From the NCBI RefSeq assembly GCF_037042905.1, contig NC_087251.1, positions 34,846,001 to 34,910,000 of the forward strand: a stretch of DNA of 64,000 nucleotides, given 5' to 3'. The notes beneath the pieces are model-generated. The model ran no database searches. It had not been told where the DNA came from and worked only from the letters and a program-made list of their open reading frames with translations. This DNA comes from Lytechinus pictus. Taxonomy: Eukaryota. The position numbers and the translations under genes were made by a program. The stretch's first letter is position 1; each line of letters starts with the position of its first letter. Below are positions 12,783-26,235 of the stretch, piece by piece.

Positions 12783-15700
12783 TTATTTTTTAATTTTTTA
12801 GCAGGAGCGTCATATTTTGTAAACGTATGGACCCAGGCCTAGTTTCACCACATATTAATTAATAGCTACACAGCTATTGCATATACGATGTTAAGAAAAA
12901 AATCTACAATTTATCATACATGTATTGTATTGAATTGATTTGAGCTCCTCAAGGAGAGCGATTCTGAGGAGCTCAATTGAGCTCCTCAAAAAAATAAGGA
13001 GAGCCATTTATTGAGCTCCACGAAATTATAAACGTGAAGGACTGCATGTACATGTATGTATGCCTATTGAAAAGTGATACACATAGAAATAGAATGTTGC
13101 TTAATTGGCATTTTCATGGTAACTGAAAAGCAAACTCCCATCATTTGTTGTTTTAGAGATAATCATACACACAATGAAAAGTGTGTAAAATTGTGCCGTC
13201 ATTGCCGGTTTAACGTCAGTTTCTGTGAAAATGCCCTAATGAAAAAATACCGCATGTAAGTAACGATCTCAAAATGAGTTCGAACAGAATCCAATAAAAT
13301 GACCACCCAAGAGTTTGTATGTATAAATGAAAAATATGTGCCAATTGGCTCTGGATAAAAAATGTGTAATTGCTGAGAAATTAGCAAAATAGGCATGGAA
13401 TTCCATAAAATGATGGGTAATTTTCCAAGCAATATTAATACATTTTCCCACATATGCCTTTTTGTGTTAGTTATCATCAGATTTATTCGTTATTCGCTAA
13501 GATTTCATGATTTCACAAAGATGAGTTGATTTCAATGTACCAGATCTAGATCTATGATAATAAGTGGTAATTAACCTTGATTTTGAAAGCTTTCTCATGA
13601 AATAATTGTTTGCTGCGATTACTTTAATTAGCAGTTGAATTGTCCCCATTCATACACAATATCTAGTAGTGGAAAAAAAATGAAACCTTGCTCTACCTCC
13701 TTGCAATTCTCATGATGGATGGCTGAATGTCTTCACCCGATCTCCATCCAAAGCTCTCTCACCATATCAATCACCAATCCTTTCTGCCTCTGCATCATTC
13801 ATCTTTATCAGAAGGTGACCTGAACATATGTTTTTACCCACCAGAGGCCCAGAGAATAGGTGGATTCTCATTCCTCCAGCCACGTGAAAATAAACTTTTG
13901 TCTTCACCATGCATGATGAATGATCCTACAGCCTGCAATCATAAAATATTCCATTCCTGGTTTGTTTGTCAGGAATTCAGAGATGTGCAGTTGAATTTGG
14001 GTACTTTTTTTCGAAGTACATGGACATGTAGGTGAAAGAACCCATTCCAAAGAGTTGGGCCTGTTTTCGAATGTGATATTCCATCTTCATCAACATCTCC
14101 GAGTAATAAAATGATATAAACAACATGATTTGAAGGAAAGAAGGGCATAAGCTACATGAATGTATATACATGTATGTGTACATAGATGTACATTTATGCT
14201 TATTTTTGTCAGTAGGCCTACATGTATGTTGCATGTATTAAATGTACTACATGTATGATTATTTCTTTATTATATTATCCACACTTGTACTTCCTCACAT
14301 TATTCCTTCTGTCTCTCACAAGTCAGATGAAGAAGAAAATGGAAAGGCCAAAAACTAGATGAAGTATCCTCACAAACAGATGGGTGGGGGAAATGTAGTC
14401 TTGAATTGACTCTAGCAGTGAGAGAAGATTATAACAAAGAATCAATACCCCATGAACATGAATAAGGAAGGCATGATGGAGAAATAAATGAATAAATAAA
14501 TAGTCTGTTCCATCCATTACGTAGAAGATGCCACATTGTATCTTCCATCTGCTGTAGGCTCCAACATCTTTGTCGAGGTGTTTGAACAGCGCTTCCACCA
14601 ACCAGCAGTCGTTCCCCCCACACATGGTTGGTCAATAAGCCGTGTCTGGCAATGGCATCGCCGCCGTGGAACGCGGGGTCCCTGCCACTCCTCGCGCACC
14701 GCGGTGGCAATGGTGTTCCTCGTCAAATCACAGCCATGCATATTTAATTAAATGGGCAAGGCAACCCAATTCTTCACCGAGGGTAGGGGGATCAGGAGCT
14801 TGTGTGCGACTTTACGTCTTAATTAGAAAGAGTTGACAACTACACCAGTATCTTGTCATAGTTTGATGTATCCTCATTGACCTAAGAGAGAGGAAGACAA
14901 AAGGAGAATAAAACAAATTTAATTAAAGAAGGAATTTTTCCAAATCAATCATGTTCATTGTCCTTAAGTGAAGGTTATGAAAAGTGAATTAAGAAAAAGC
15001 TTTGAGTACCGGAATCGGTAAACTAGCTTAGCTGGGGTTATATAGGAGCGTCTTGAGCACCTGACGACATGCGCTATACTATTGTTATATATTATAAATG
15101 AAGATTTTGAATGAATTTAGATATATAACAGATAAGGAGAGAAATATGGTAGAAATACAATGATTGTATATTTTTACGCAGTTTGCCATAGACCTACATT
15201 TGTACTTATTTATTGAACAATCAATTGTATAGGCCTATTTTTTATTTGCCAGAGATAATATATAGAACTGCCAATACATGTAGGAAATAATTACAAGTTG
15301 TAGCTATTGAATCCTTCATACATGTAGATGCACTGTATGAAGAATACTTTGCAGATTTAATTAACCTCCATATGTACATATGTAAATCTGATTTGGCATC
15401 CGGAGGACCCGTGCAGCATTAACACATCTCATGCGAGTGATATAATTAAGATGGAGATTTGTGTATCTCCACAATCTATCCAGCAGATGATGCTGATGTA
15501 GGTCTGTCTCTTTTGTATCAGAACCTTACTATCTCTATCTTGAACTTGATTGTGTGTAATGACATTCAAATGATCGTGTCTGCTGAATTAATTCATCAAG
15601 CCATTGGATTAGTATTCCGGTGCTGAGTAAAAGATGGCATGCTCTTAGTTGCAAGACTTGAACGATGCCTGCCATCTTCTGCGCATGCTAATGACGTCGC

Positions 15701-17791
15701 TCTTCGGATTTCTGCAGTTTGTGAATGATTCGAGAGGGCCACATCCATTTACATAGTACTTTTAGATGCACCGGGCATCAATGCATCCTTTTATGGGCAT
15801 GCATGAAAATGGAACAGAAAAAATTATGGCTGTAAAGTGAAGCTGTCTTCTTCATCCTCTATTCTAGTTTTTCTTATGATAATCAAAGAAGACTAAAATG
15901 TTTTATAGATACATGTAGATGCATTATGAATGTCTGTCTTGTTTTTATGATTTATAAAAAACTTCTAGTTTGAATCTCTCTACATGTAGGTAGTACATGA
16001 CATAAATATTAAATTTTGTTTCAGTTCTGATTGCACTGGCAGACATTTAGTCTAAAATAGGGCTGATGTGTGAAATGATGTACAGGTAGGCCCTATAATA
16101 TTTGGAATCTGAGTTGAGACTTTTCTTCATGTAGGGCTAGTAATCCGATCTTTACATTGTAACTCGTAATCTGCTATGCAGTTCAGGTGCAATCATTGTG
16201 TCACTGGCATCCATGGTTGCGATAACTAGTAGGCCTTTCGCTCATCTGTCCCCAGAGCTCAAGTTTTGTCTGTAGTATGGCAGGAGTAGCTTCTACCCTG
16301 CTGTGTGCCAGGTTGCCTCCCCTGGGCCACGCTTGCACCCATACTGGGCACAGATTTGCTCAAATTGAATAAGTGCTCTCCTGCCCACTTTTTATTGAGT
16401 GGTATTCCCGGTGCAGTCAGGGCACTGAAGAAGGTAAAAGACAGGTATTCTGATTATAGACAAACAGGTAGATCAAAGATATCTAATAAATCAATAGTCA
16501 ACACAGAATCAGACACATGTACGTCTAGTTCGATGGGCAGCAGAGAGCAGACACAACTTCCTTTATAAAGTTTGTGAAACAAAAATATAAAAGAATAGTC
16601 CTTGACACTTTTATGAGTAATTAAACTAAAAGTAGACCAATAGCCTTTTACATTTATAAAGTAATTAAAACCATCTGTTAAAAAGTCTGAGATACAGATT
16701 GAATAGGCGTACATGTATATCATCTGTTGTTTTCATTAAACATATATGCGATTCTTTCAGGACTTACATGTAAATCACTATTTTCAATTATTTCCTGCTT
16801 ATTTTTTATTGTGGAATATATATCACCTTATCATTTCAGAACCAACTTGGTTTCTAAGTACAATGAGGATTTCAAAAATTCATTGATATGTACAAGGTGT
16901 ATATATGACCATGGAGCTTAATTTGGGATGTAGATGAAAGAAGTGAAACCAATGTTTTTGAGTATAAGAGGAATTTGCAGAAATGCAAGGAACTGTGATC
17001 AGATCACGCTCAATACAGCACTGTCTGGCACGCTCTGCTGCCCTTGGCTTAACAATATTATTCTGCCCTCCAGGTCTGGCACATTACTGCCTGTACTAAT
17101 CAAAAGGACCTTGCACAAATTAATAAACAGAAGGTCCTTACCCTTCTGGAAGAATGGAAAATTTAACGATGATCACTTTGTGGAATATTGATCATGATTT
17201 TACGGGCCAGTGATTAGATTGTCTCACATGGGATAGGATTTTAATTAGTGATGAAAGGGAAGTGATTTGTGGAGAAAAGGGATGTGCCACCTCAAGCGGC
17301 TAGCGGCAGAAGGTAGTTATTGCATTGCTCATCCACGGTGAAGACATGTACTTTGTACATGTATCTAAACCGACTTGCACAGTGCTTCGTAGGAGGCTAT
17401 ATGGTAAATATGGTTGGGTCTTGGTATGAATAATGGTACAAGTATTATTAGCTGAAAAGTTTTTAGTAGACATGATTTTGAGATTTGTATACTCTATTTA
17501 CAATCGAAACACTTAGGGGGCCTATATAGGTGTAAATTGCAAAATACATAACTGAATTTTCCACACTATTTTCACCTTTCCATACATATTCAAAAAAATT
17601 ATAAATCTGATAGTAAAGCCTCATAACTTTGTATACCTACATGTACATCTACAAGAAGCTTGTTTAGATTTCTGAAATATTGAATGTGAAAGTAACATGG
17701 ATTATGTTAGTATCATATCACTGAATATGATATTGGCCTATACCCACGGTATTACATGTACACGCCAATTTCTTTTTGTTGCCACCACACA

Positions 17792-19047
17792 CAGAGCTGC
17801 CAAATAGTACGATTTTGTCGTATTCCGTACGATTTTTCACTTAAAATACGACACTAGGATTTTTACAAATAAAATACGATTTTTTGAAAATATAGCTATG
17901 GTAAGGCTCGACATAACAGAAATCCACCTCGGGCAGTCATTATTGAAAAATGTTAAGTTTTGGTGGCCCGAATCGGGCAACCAATAATTTTCAAAGTAGC
18001 GCAATTTTTCTCCCGATTTTGCACCATTTATCAACTTTATACAGTTCAAATTGCAACCAATTCGTCATGCGCCCTTTTTGTTGATCTACACACAAATACA
18101 CACACACATGACAGTACATAGGCTTACCGCTCTAGCATACAGTAGCTATTATCCAGCCGGCCGGCTGGCGTGCGTGAGCTTTGCATGAAACCACTGCAGC
18201 TACATGTAGCTATCTGTGCGCTATCAGCCTATTCAGACTCGGGGAGCTACGATACGAAATGTTGCTGCTAAGATATCTTCCACAGAACTTTGAAAATCTA
18301 TTTGCAAGCATTAAAAACAGGAATTATGACCTCTCTTTTGACTCAAAAAGACCAATTTCCAAATGTATTAATACACATAAAAACACATAGGTGAGTACAT
18401 CACAGTCCCATATGTGCATTTGTATGTATGTTGATACTTGGTTTCTTTCGAAGCTGTGTCTTTTCTAGCAAAAAATAAGCAGACAGTTTTTTCCTTTTTG
18501 TCTCACCTGCATAGCAGAGTGAGACTATAGGCGCCGCTTTTCCGACGGCGACGGCGGCGGCGGCGGCGTCAACACCAAATCTTAACCTGAGGTTAAGTTT
18601 TTGAAATGACAGCATAACTTAGAAAGTATATGGACCTAGTTCATGAAACTTGGCCATAAGGTTAATCAAGTATTACTGAACATCCTGCCTGAGTTTCATG
18701 TCACATGACTAAGGTCAAAGGTCATTTAGGGTCAATGAACTTAGACCATGTTGGGGGAATCAACATCAAAATCTTAACCTAAGGTTAAGTTTTTGAAATG
18801 TCATCATAACTTAGAAAATATATGGACCTAGTTCATGAAACTTATACATAAGGTTAATCAAGTATCACTGAACATCCTGCATGAGTTTCACGTCACATGA
18901 CCAAGGTCAAATTACAGTGAGCACAACAAAATAATGAGATGTATAGTAGGAAAGTACGCGACGGGTATGAATAGGATTTTTTGTCTAAAAATAGGATTTT
19001 TTGGGTGAAATAATAGGATTTTTTGTCAAGTGTGGTTGGCAGCTCTG
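17792..19047. mobile_element. Non-autonomous TIR transposon hosting a nested insertion
   Basis: Perfect 12-bp TIR CAGAGCTGCCAA...TTGGCAGCTCTG flanked by the direct repeat CACACA; subterminal tacgatttt/taggatttt repeats. Confidence 0.75.
18497..18910 (+). mobile_element. Helentron/HINE-like non-autonomous element fragment with about 191-bp internal tandem repeat
   Basis: Starts in a T-run with hairpin gtctcac...gtgagac, then a (GGC)n microsatellite, then two repeat units starting at 18571 and 18762 (second truncated). Confidence 0.6.
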
Positions 19048-19588
19048 CACACATGCATATTGCAGGCTGGACTGTATTTACAGATAAAATGATTGTCAGT
19101 TGTACATTCTGTGTAAAGAAAAAATGATAAATACAATAATTCAAATAAAGAAGAAAACATGATCTTAGAAATTTAAAATCATGTTTAATATTGTTTAAAC
19201 ACGAAAAAGAAAGGATACATCATTCAAAAACCCACAGAAAACATGTGGTAACATATTGCATTGTCATGATTTATTTCATGGTAATTAGCATATACTAAGA
19301 TCAATCAATTATGAAAATGGTTTCATATAACAAATCAAAACCACCTTCGCACCTAACTGATCAAAACACATGCCTTTACTAGAGATATGGATGGGTTCAC
19401 ACAGCCTTCACCTACATGTGTGTACCACATATTTTTACTTGTATGGTACTGTAAACGCACAATTACATTTACAAGTATTCCTAACTGCTATATTCTTTTC
19501 TTAAAAAATATATTTGAATGATTCCCTTTTTATGCTCTTACTCCCGAAGTGGTGCAGTTTTGTAATTGACACTGACAGTGAAGTCCTG

Positions 19589-19759
19589 GTGGGTGTTTCA
19601 TAAAGCTGTTCGTAAGTTAAGAGCGACTTTAAGAACGATTGGTGAACCTTTCTTACGCGCAAAACCATCGCAAATGAATATACCATTCGCCATAAGAAAG
19701 GATCACCAGTCGTTCTTAAAGTCGCTCTTAACTTACGAACAGCTTTATGAAACACCCAC
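19589..19759. mobile_element. Palindromic MITE, PIF/Harbinger-like
   Basis: About 65-bp near-perfect TIRs (gtgggtgtttcataaagctgttcgtaagttaagagcgac...) and a CTG TSD on both sides. Confidence 0.85.
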
Positions 19760-21665
19760 CTGCTTATTCATTTCCTTGGTCATGTTTTGGTGTATTGTTG
19801 TTTTGATAGAAGTGAGGGGCCTTCTGTTTGTCAACTTCATTCTCTGTAGCACTGATATAATCAATAACCATGTGAATACGTTCTTCAACCTTTCTATGGA
19901 TGCCATTGTTCATCAATCAATCCATGTTCTTGCACTTCTTCTTCAAAGGACACTGCGCCACAAGCGTCCTTTGTCTGCCTCTCAAATGTTAATTCATCTG
20001 AATCATTCAAGAAAAAATCTTGACACCTCTTTTGAGGAAAGAATGGATAGATTGTGGCTGACTTATTGAGGAAGTAAAATGGTGGTACAAAGCAACATAA
20101 AACCTGGCTTTTGTAAGCTTGGACATGACTAAGCCTATGTTTAAACAACAAGGGTGAATAGGACCTGTACAATCCGCTTAACTGCACACACATCCCATTG
20201 TGTGGGGGTTGTGTGGGGCTGGTGCCGTACTTGGAGAGCTGGGGAGTAAGGAGAGGGGAGGAGGTCATATTGATTTGTTGGCTTGGCCTATTGTTTGCTC
20301 ATTCCTCTCCCATTTATGGTCCTTTGAATAGGAACAGGTCTTTGACTTCACTAAAGGATTACCAAGACTAAGAGTAGAGCCATGTCCCATTCCACAGCAC
20401 GGGATCTGTTACTGTGGTGTTCTGCGTGCGTCATTCTGTTTCTTTTTCCTTATGTTTATATCATGGTATGATAAATTACCATTAGGCCTATAATCTATAC
20501 GATTGATGTGGGAATATCAAAAAGCTTTGGTCATTTGGAAATGTGCAGTTACCTTTGCAGCGATCACAATAATGGCATAAGCAATTAATATAATTTAGTC
20601 GTTCTCATTAGTGAATTTGATCTACTGATTTCCCTTTGGGGAAAGCCATTTGAGCTAAACTGATGTTATTATCCTCCACAAATAAGCAGTTGGTGGCAAA
20701 TTTAACACACCATTATGGACTTTGGTATGAATTTTGAAAGGTTGAATAATTTCCAGTTAGATAATTCATAAATGCTAGGGTGTTTTTAATTCTAATTCAT
20801 ATCTGAGTGGTTTTTTTTTTAAAGACAGAGATGGATAACAGTGCAAAACAAAAAATAAAGTTGAGGCGCTAGTGCCTTATGGTATTAACTTATACTATGG
20901 GACGATAAATTTTATTATCCTCATTAACACTTATCCTTCTGAAAGGACTTAGAGCCGTTGGTCCTTTGATTAGTTGCTTGCGCTTTCATACACTTCATGT
21001 GTGTGGTCTGGGTAAAGGAGGAGAGGGGGGTGGGGGGTTAAATTGCACCCCTGCAAAGGTATAGTTATCTCTTTACCCGTAGGTGCATACATTCATGGCT
21101 CAACATTTCCACTCTGTATTCTTGTCCCGAAACAAAGTGCTTATCTATGTACATGTGAACCTGGGGATGGCATCGATAAAGAGTGAACTTGTTCCTGGTG
21201 AAGTATTTTGATGCAAATCCTGCTGGCGCCCACAGAGGGTCAAGATAACTATCTTGAGTGATTGTAGAACCCCTTTTAGTCTCACACCTAAATCCGCTTT
21301 ACAGGAGATAGAAAGACCAGGGACATTTCCCATAGTAATATGAAACAAAGGATAGCATTTGATTTTAGGTGCATGTAGCAAACTGTAGCCCTTTCACTCG
21401 AGACAAAAACTTTTTGAAACATTAATGTGTAAACATACAAATAAGGTATGACTTTATTCGTTTCTCATGAAAATTATTAAATATGTTGATTTCATCTGAG
21501 CTTTATTTCATGAAAATATTGTTTACCTTCATGTAAACATTGTTTACCTTCATGTAAACTAGGATAAGCAACATTGACTGTCTGTGTTCTCGGTCGATAT
21601 ATTAATGAAAACCGGAAAATACTCTAAGCAACGTCCCTTGAATGCATCTATGTCCTAAAGTTTAA

Positions 21666-22271
21666 AGGGGAATCCAACCCAAATAAAAACTTGTTTTTAT
21701 AAGAAAAATAAAAATCAGACAAGTTGATAGGTGAAAGTTTGAACAATATTGGATTTGGACAAACAACAAGAAAGTTATGAATTTTCAAAAGTTGTAAATA
21801 TTGGTGATCCCTATACTCATGGAGACTTCAAATTGGCCGCATATGGGATGTCATAGTGATGTATTAAAGGCAAGGACTACTCTTCAATGTACTCCAATAC
21901 ATATTATGGCTAAAATGTCATATTTCCCAAAAGTTTTATTTTAAATTATATTTTTCTTTCATGATGACATTAAACAATATACTATCTGGGTTATATTTAG
22001 ACTACTGCCCCAGGGGAATGGGTACTTAGGAGAAAACTACAAATCCCTGATAATAAAGTACATGGCCTATGGGAAAGTTGTCCTTGCCCCTTGTCATAAT
22101 TTACTTACCAAGTTGCCAATTTGAAATCTACATACTATTAGTGATCTCAATTTTAAAGGAAGTTTTAACTTTCTTATTGCTTGTTCGATTTCTTTCAAAC
22201 CTTCACCATTCTGTTTGATTTATTTTTCTCCTTCCCAACACAACATTTGATGGCCAAGGCTGGATTCCCCT
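21666..22271. mobile_element. Kolobok-like non-autonomous transposon about 140 bp upstream of exon 2
   Basis: TTAA|AGGGGAATCCA...TGGATTCCCCT|TTAA; a TTAA TSD with purine-starting termini fits Kolobok rather than piggyBac. Confidence 0.8.
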
Positions 22272-22414
22272 TTAATTAAGCTTGCATTCTTACATGTACA
22301 TGGAAATGCTAACAGTAATTTTTTGAAAATCTCTGTAGATGAGCATTGTTTTTTTAAATAGTAAACAGGATGTTCTAATCAATTTCTTCTTTTTTCTGTG
22401 CATTATTTCAACAG

Positions 22415-22558
22415 ATGACAACAAATACATGTTGAAGATGTTGATCCCAAGCACGGCGGCTGGCTCCATAATCGGCAAAGGTGGCCAAACCATCGCTCAA
22501 CTACAAAAAGACACAGGAACCAACGTCAAACTCTCAAAGGCAAATGACTTCTATCCAG
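22415..22558 (+). CDS. Nova: Nova coding exon 2 (first part of KH1 domain)
   Basis: Polypyrimidine tract plus CAG acceptor at 22414. Encodes [48 protein letters not shown], with the KH GxxG loop and Nova-type KLSK..DFYPG. Donor AG|GTTTGT; phase 1/1, 144 nt. Confidence 0.96.
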
Positions 22559-25500
22559 GTTTGTAAACTATATGTCTGACTAACTTACATTGTTATGTCT
22601 TATTTATGCTGCAGTTCCATCATTGAAACCTACTCCAGACCGATCAAAGCTATCATGTTATTTTGAAGGGTGTATAATCGGTGGGTTTAGCGTTGGTTTA
22701 ATTGAGGAAACTGCTGCATATTCCCCCATAAAATCTTAAAACTCTGTTTGAGATATTCGCCTTTTGAAGTATTTACCTGTTGAAGAATAAAGTATTTTTC
22801 TCTCGACTTGGTTTCTGTATAGGACAGTTGATTCTTATTGGTAATGGGTCTATCCTCAGTTAAATGTGAAAAGTTGATTTCCTACGGATGGTTCTGATGT
22901 ATGTGACCAGAATTGTGGAGAGAAGTCTCTGTATTCTCGGCATGTTTATCAAGACTTTTTGTGACCCAGTAACATGGACTTTTCGATTTGCACATCCACT
23001 GGTGGACTTGCCATAAGGACGTCATAGCCTGCTTTTGATCAGCGGATTGAAGCCCAGCGATGCACACACAGCCTGAGCATGTACACACTGCATTGCCATT
23101 ATCCTTGCGAAAGGCGTGATGCGTGGAAAATATGGGGGCCTGTATTGTGTTTTGTTACCTGTTCCTGGACAGTTTCTTGTGTCTTCCTTTATGAAGTGTT
23201 TATATCCTGCCTGGTGTTTTTTTAATTAAGAACTTTTGAACACCATGCAAACACTGAACTTCCTACATATATTTGACAAAATGATTATCATGTGATGGTA
23301 CTTCTCTGAAGAGCATGTCGTGTTGCGGATATTTTACATGGCTTTAACATTTTAGATTGATCCTGTATTATCATTATTTGTCACCTTGTTCAAATTTCTA
23401 ATGTTTCTTAAGATTGTCCTGTTTTCATGTGGACAAGGCAGGCTAGAGTTGCCCTTAAAAAGGCCCTATTCTGATGAACAGCGAGACTGCATGTGTGTTT
23501 GTGCTCATCCAAACAAAATGGAGATAATTCATGAAAGTGTTTATCTTTGTCAGTGCATTAGTGCTCCCACATTGCTTGTCCCGCTTCCTTCCTTATCGCT
23601 TGTTATCCACCTCCTACCTCACACGGGCGGGCGTACCATCGCAAGTGTACATCAGCATAGGGCATTAGCCAAGCCAAATTTTTATCTCTCACCCATTTAT
23701 TATTTCTTCAAGACCTCCTAACCAGTGCTCTTAATGATAACACAGGCAGGCAAGGTTATTTTCAAAAGTGGTGTTACCATGGCAACCCTGCAGAAGAACC
23801 CATAAATCATGATTGTACCCGTTTATTGTTTTGGCTTTCCTAAGGACTGTCCCGCTTTGCTTCCATCGCCCGAAGGGACACTCAGTCTTCACCCTCTACT
23901 TTACGTGTGTTCCAAACTTCCAATAAAGCGAATGTGCATCCCAAATGAAAATTCATTCTCTCTCACCAGGCATAATGTCTCTTGCCGTAGATTTCCTCGC
24001 TCAATTTGAAAGCACTTTGCCATGATCATGGTCTTGTCCCCATTTGTGTTAAATCTGAAATGATATTTTATTTTCTAATTCATCAGGCTTGTCCTGTATA
24101 CTTTTCCCCAATTTCAGGTAACTTGATGCAGCTAGCTTTATGCATCATATACCAGGCTCCTGCTTTTTTTTTTGCCATGACTACGATATGACCTCACCTT
24201 TTTTTTTCTGGGAAGGCCTTGTCCCCTCTCAGAATATGAATCTGTTATGCTATTAGGTGGGAAGATGAGCCTGTTAAAGTCACCAGCAGTCAATTTTCCT
24301 GTCATTCATGTTAAAGGTGGAAAGAAAGGAAGATGATGCCCTTGTTTTGGATGAATACTTTCTACCTCGCTATCCTCGTTAATAAGGGATTCTTGACAAC
24401 CCCTCTATTCTCATGACTAGTCAAGTTTATCAAATCATTTTGCCTCGAAGCCGAGTGGAGTTCACATCAAAATAATTCTTTATCGAGAAGCAGTGGGTGT
24501 TCAGCTTAATAATTTTTCCTCTAATAGAAAATTAAGTATATAATATAATGAAATTTCCAAATCTATTTTTGTGTTCCTGTCCTCATGAAGATAAAAATAG
24601 CAGTTTTGAATCCTGTAGAGAGGAGTAGAACTGTCAAATTAAGTAATCAGAAAACACATTTCCCAAGAAAAATTATTTCATGGATGTAGCGGTACTTTTA
24701 CACCTGCTTGCAAAATAAGAACTTTAAATAACACTGGTAATATTACAGGATAATTGCCTCACTATTGTTTGATAATTATGACAATGAATTTGAATGTTTA
24801 TATTATGCAGTCATACATTTAAACAAGACCTAATCCTCATTTTGACACTTCAAATTTTATGAAATATGGGAGTCATAGATGACAGTGATTTGAATAAAAT
24901 TTGACTATAGTTTGTCTTTTATTCATTCTGTAATAATTATTAAAAAAAAATTGGCTTTGTAAACCTGAATGCCATGCAAAGCAGAATCATATGCTAATCA
25001 GATGAAGAGAATAGAACGCTTTGCATCATGGTTTCCCTAATTGCGTCTCTGGCGGTGCTTAGTTTGCTTAGCACACACGTCCCTGTTGGTTCTGGCCATT
25101 TCTATTATGCCTTCGTGTTTGCATGGTAGGAATACTGTCTTATGTTCATCATTAGACAGTCCCTGCTCATGCCTGATGAGGCTTCGAAAAGTTTGTTCTT
25201 TTCCTCCCCCTCTCTCTTTCACTTGTATGGATTTGTTTAAGATTAGACAATGAATGGTAGATGGTATGCTGATTATTAATGTGTATACATTCACATCAAA
25301 GTATTAAGTAGTATTATTGCAGGCAGGGAATCATTTTTCTTACTAGATTTGACGACCATTTATGGTCATAAGACTAAAGAGAAAAGCTCTCGTTCTGTAG
25401 TCTTATATGAACATCCGCTACGTGAATAAAATCCTGAATCATGATTTAACTTTGTTTCCGGGCGTAGATTTTATATTAACCCAGCTCACATGAACCATTT

Positions 25501-26137
25501 GTGCAAGATGGGAAACCTCATTGATACACACACACAAGCAGTTGTCCACTTTATCAAAATGAAAAATACAGTATGAAATATAGAATTACAACTTTTTATG
25601 CATTTTTAGCCTGGAGATAAAATCCAAATTCAATATTTTTTTCTACCTTTGCCTGCACGCATACTTTGAAAACACTGAATAATTTCATGGTAGACAAGCA
25701 GTGAAAAAAATCAACATAACTGCATTTTGTTATTCGTCTTCCCGGTATGCAGCCCTAATGAATTTCTGAGTCGCTGTCCTCGTTATCTCCTGCAGGTGCT
25801 AATTGTCTAATATTTACCTTGTTTCAAATTGCCCTTTAAAGACGTGTGTGCTCAGTCCCAGGATAGCTTCATGAATATTCTCACAACTAGATTATTATCA
25901 AGACTCGATCTGCAATGCTGCAATCCTGTAGAGATTTGCAGCTTTGCTGAAGCAGCAGTCCATTATTAAAACAAATGGGTATGTGAATAACTCACCTGTT
26001 TTTAATGTTTTATCGAGGAATGAAAATCTTACTTTGGTATGAATCCATATCTGTTTTTTTTTCTTCTCAGAAGGCAATCAAGGTAGAGTGTCATTTATCA
26101 ATACGGAAATAGCAGGGATCAAACATGGAGAGTCGAA

Positions 26138-26235
26138 TGAAGGAAGATGAGAGAGAAGGGAGAAAGGGAGATATAAAAAGAGAAGAAAATGAGGAGGAAG
26201 AGAGAAGGAAGAGAGAGAGAAAGAAAGGGGAAACG
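26138..26235. repeat. Purine-rich (GA/GAA) low-complexity tract
   Basis: Nearly continuous A/G sequence; explains the F/L/S/P-rich minus-strand ORFs here. Confidence 0.8.

Larger units (their letters stand above)
4738..22414 (+). other. Nova intron 1 (17,677 bp, GT-AG, phase 1)
   Basis: Defined by the in-frame exon 1 to exon 2 junction; additional alternative exons inside cannot be excluded. Confidence 0.85.

Noticed and set aside
19501..20069. 167-aa and 84-aa ORFs sharing FHKAVRKLRATLRT peptides
   Set aside because: Artefact of the palindromic MITE reading the same on both strands.
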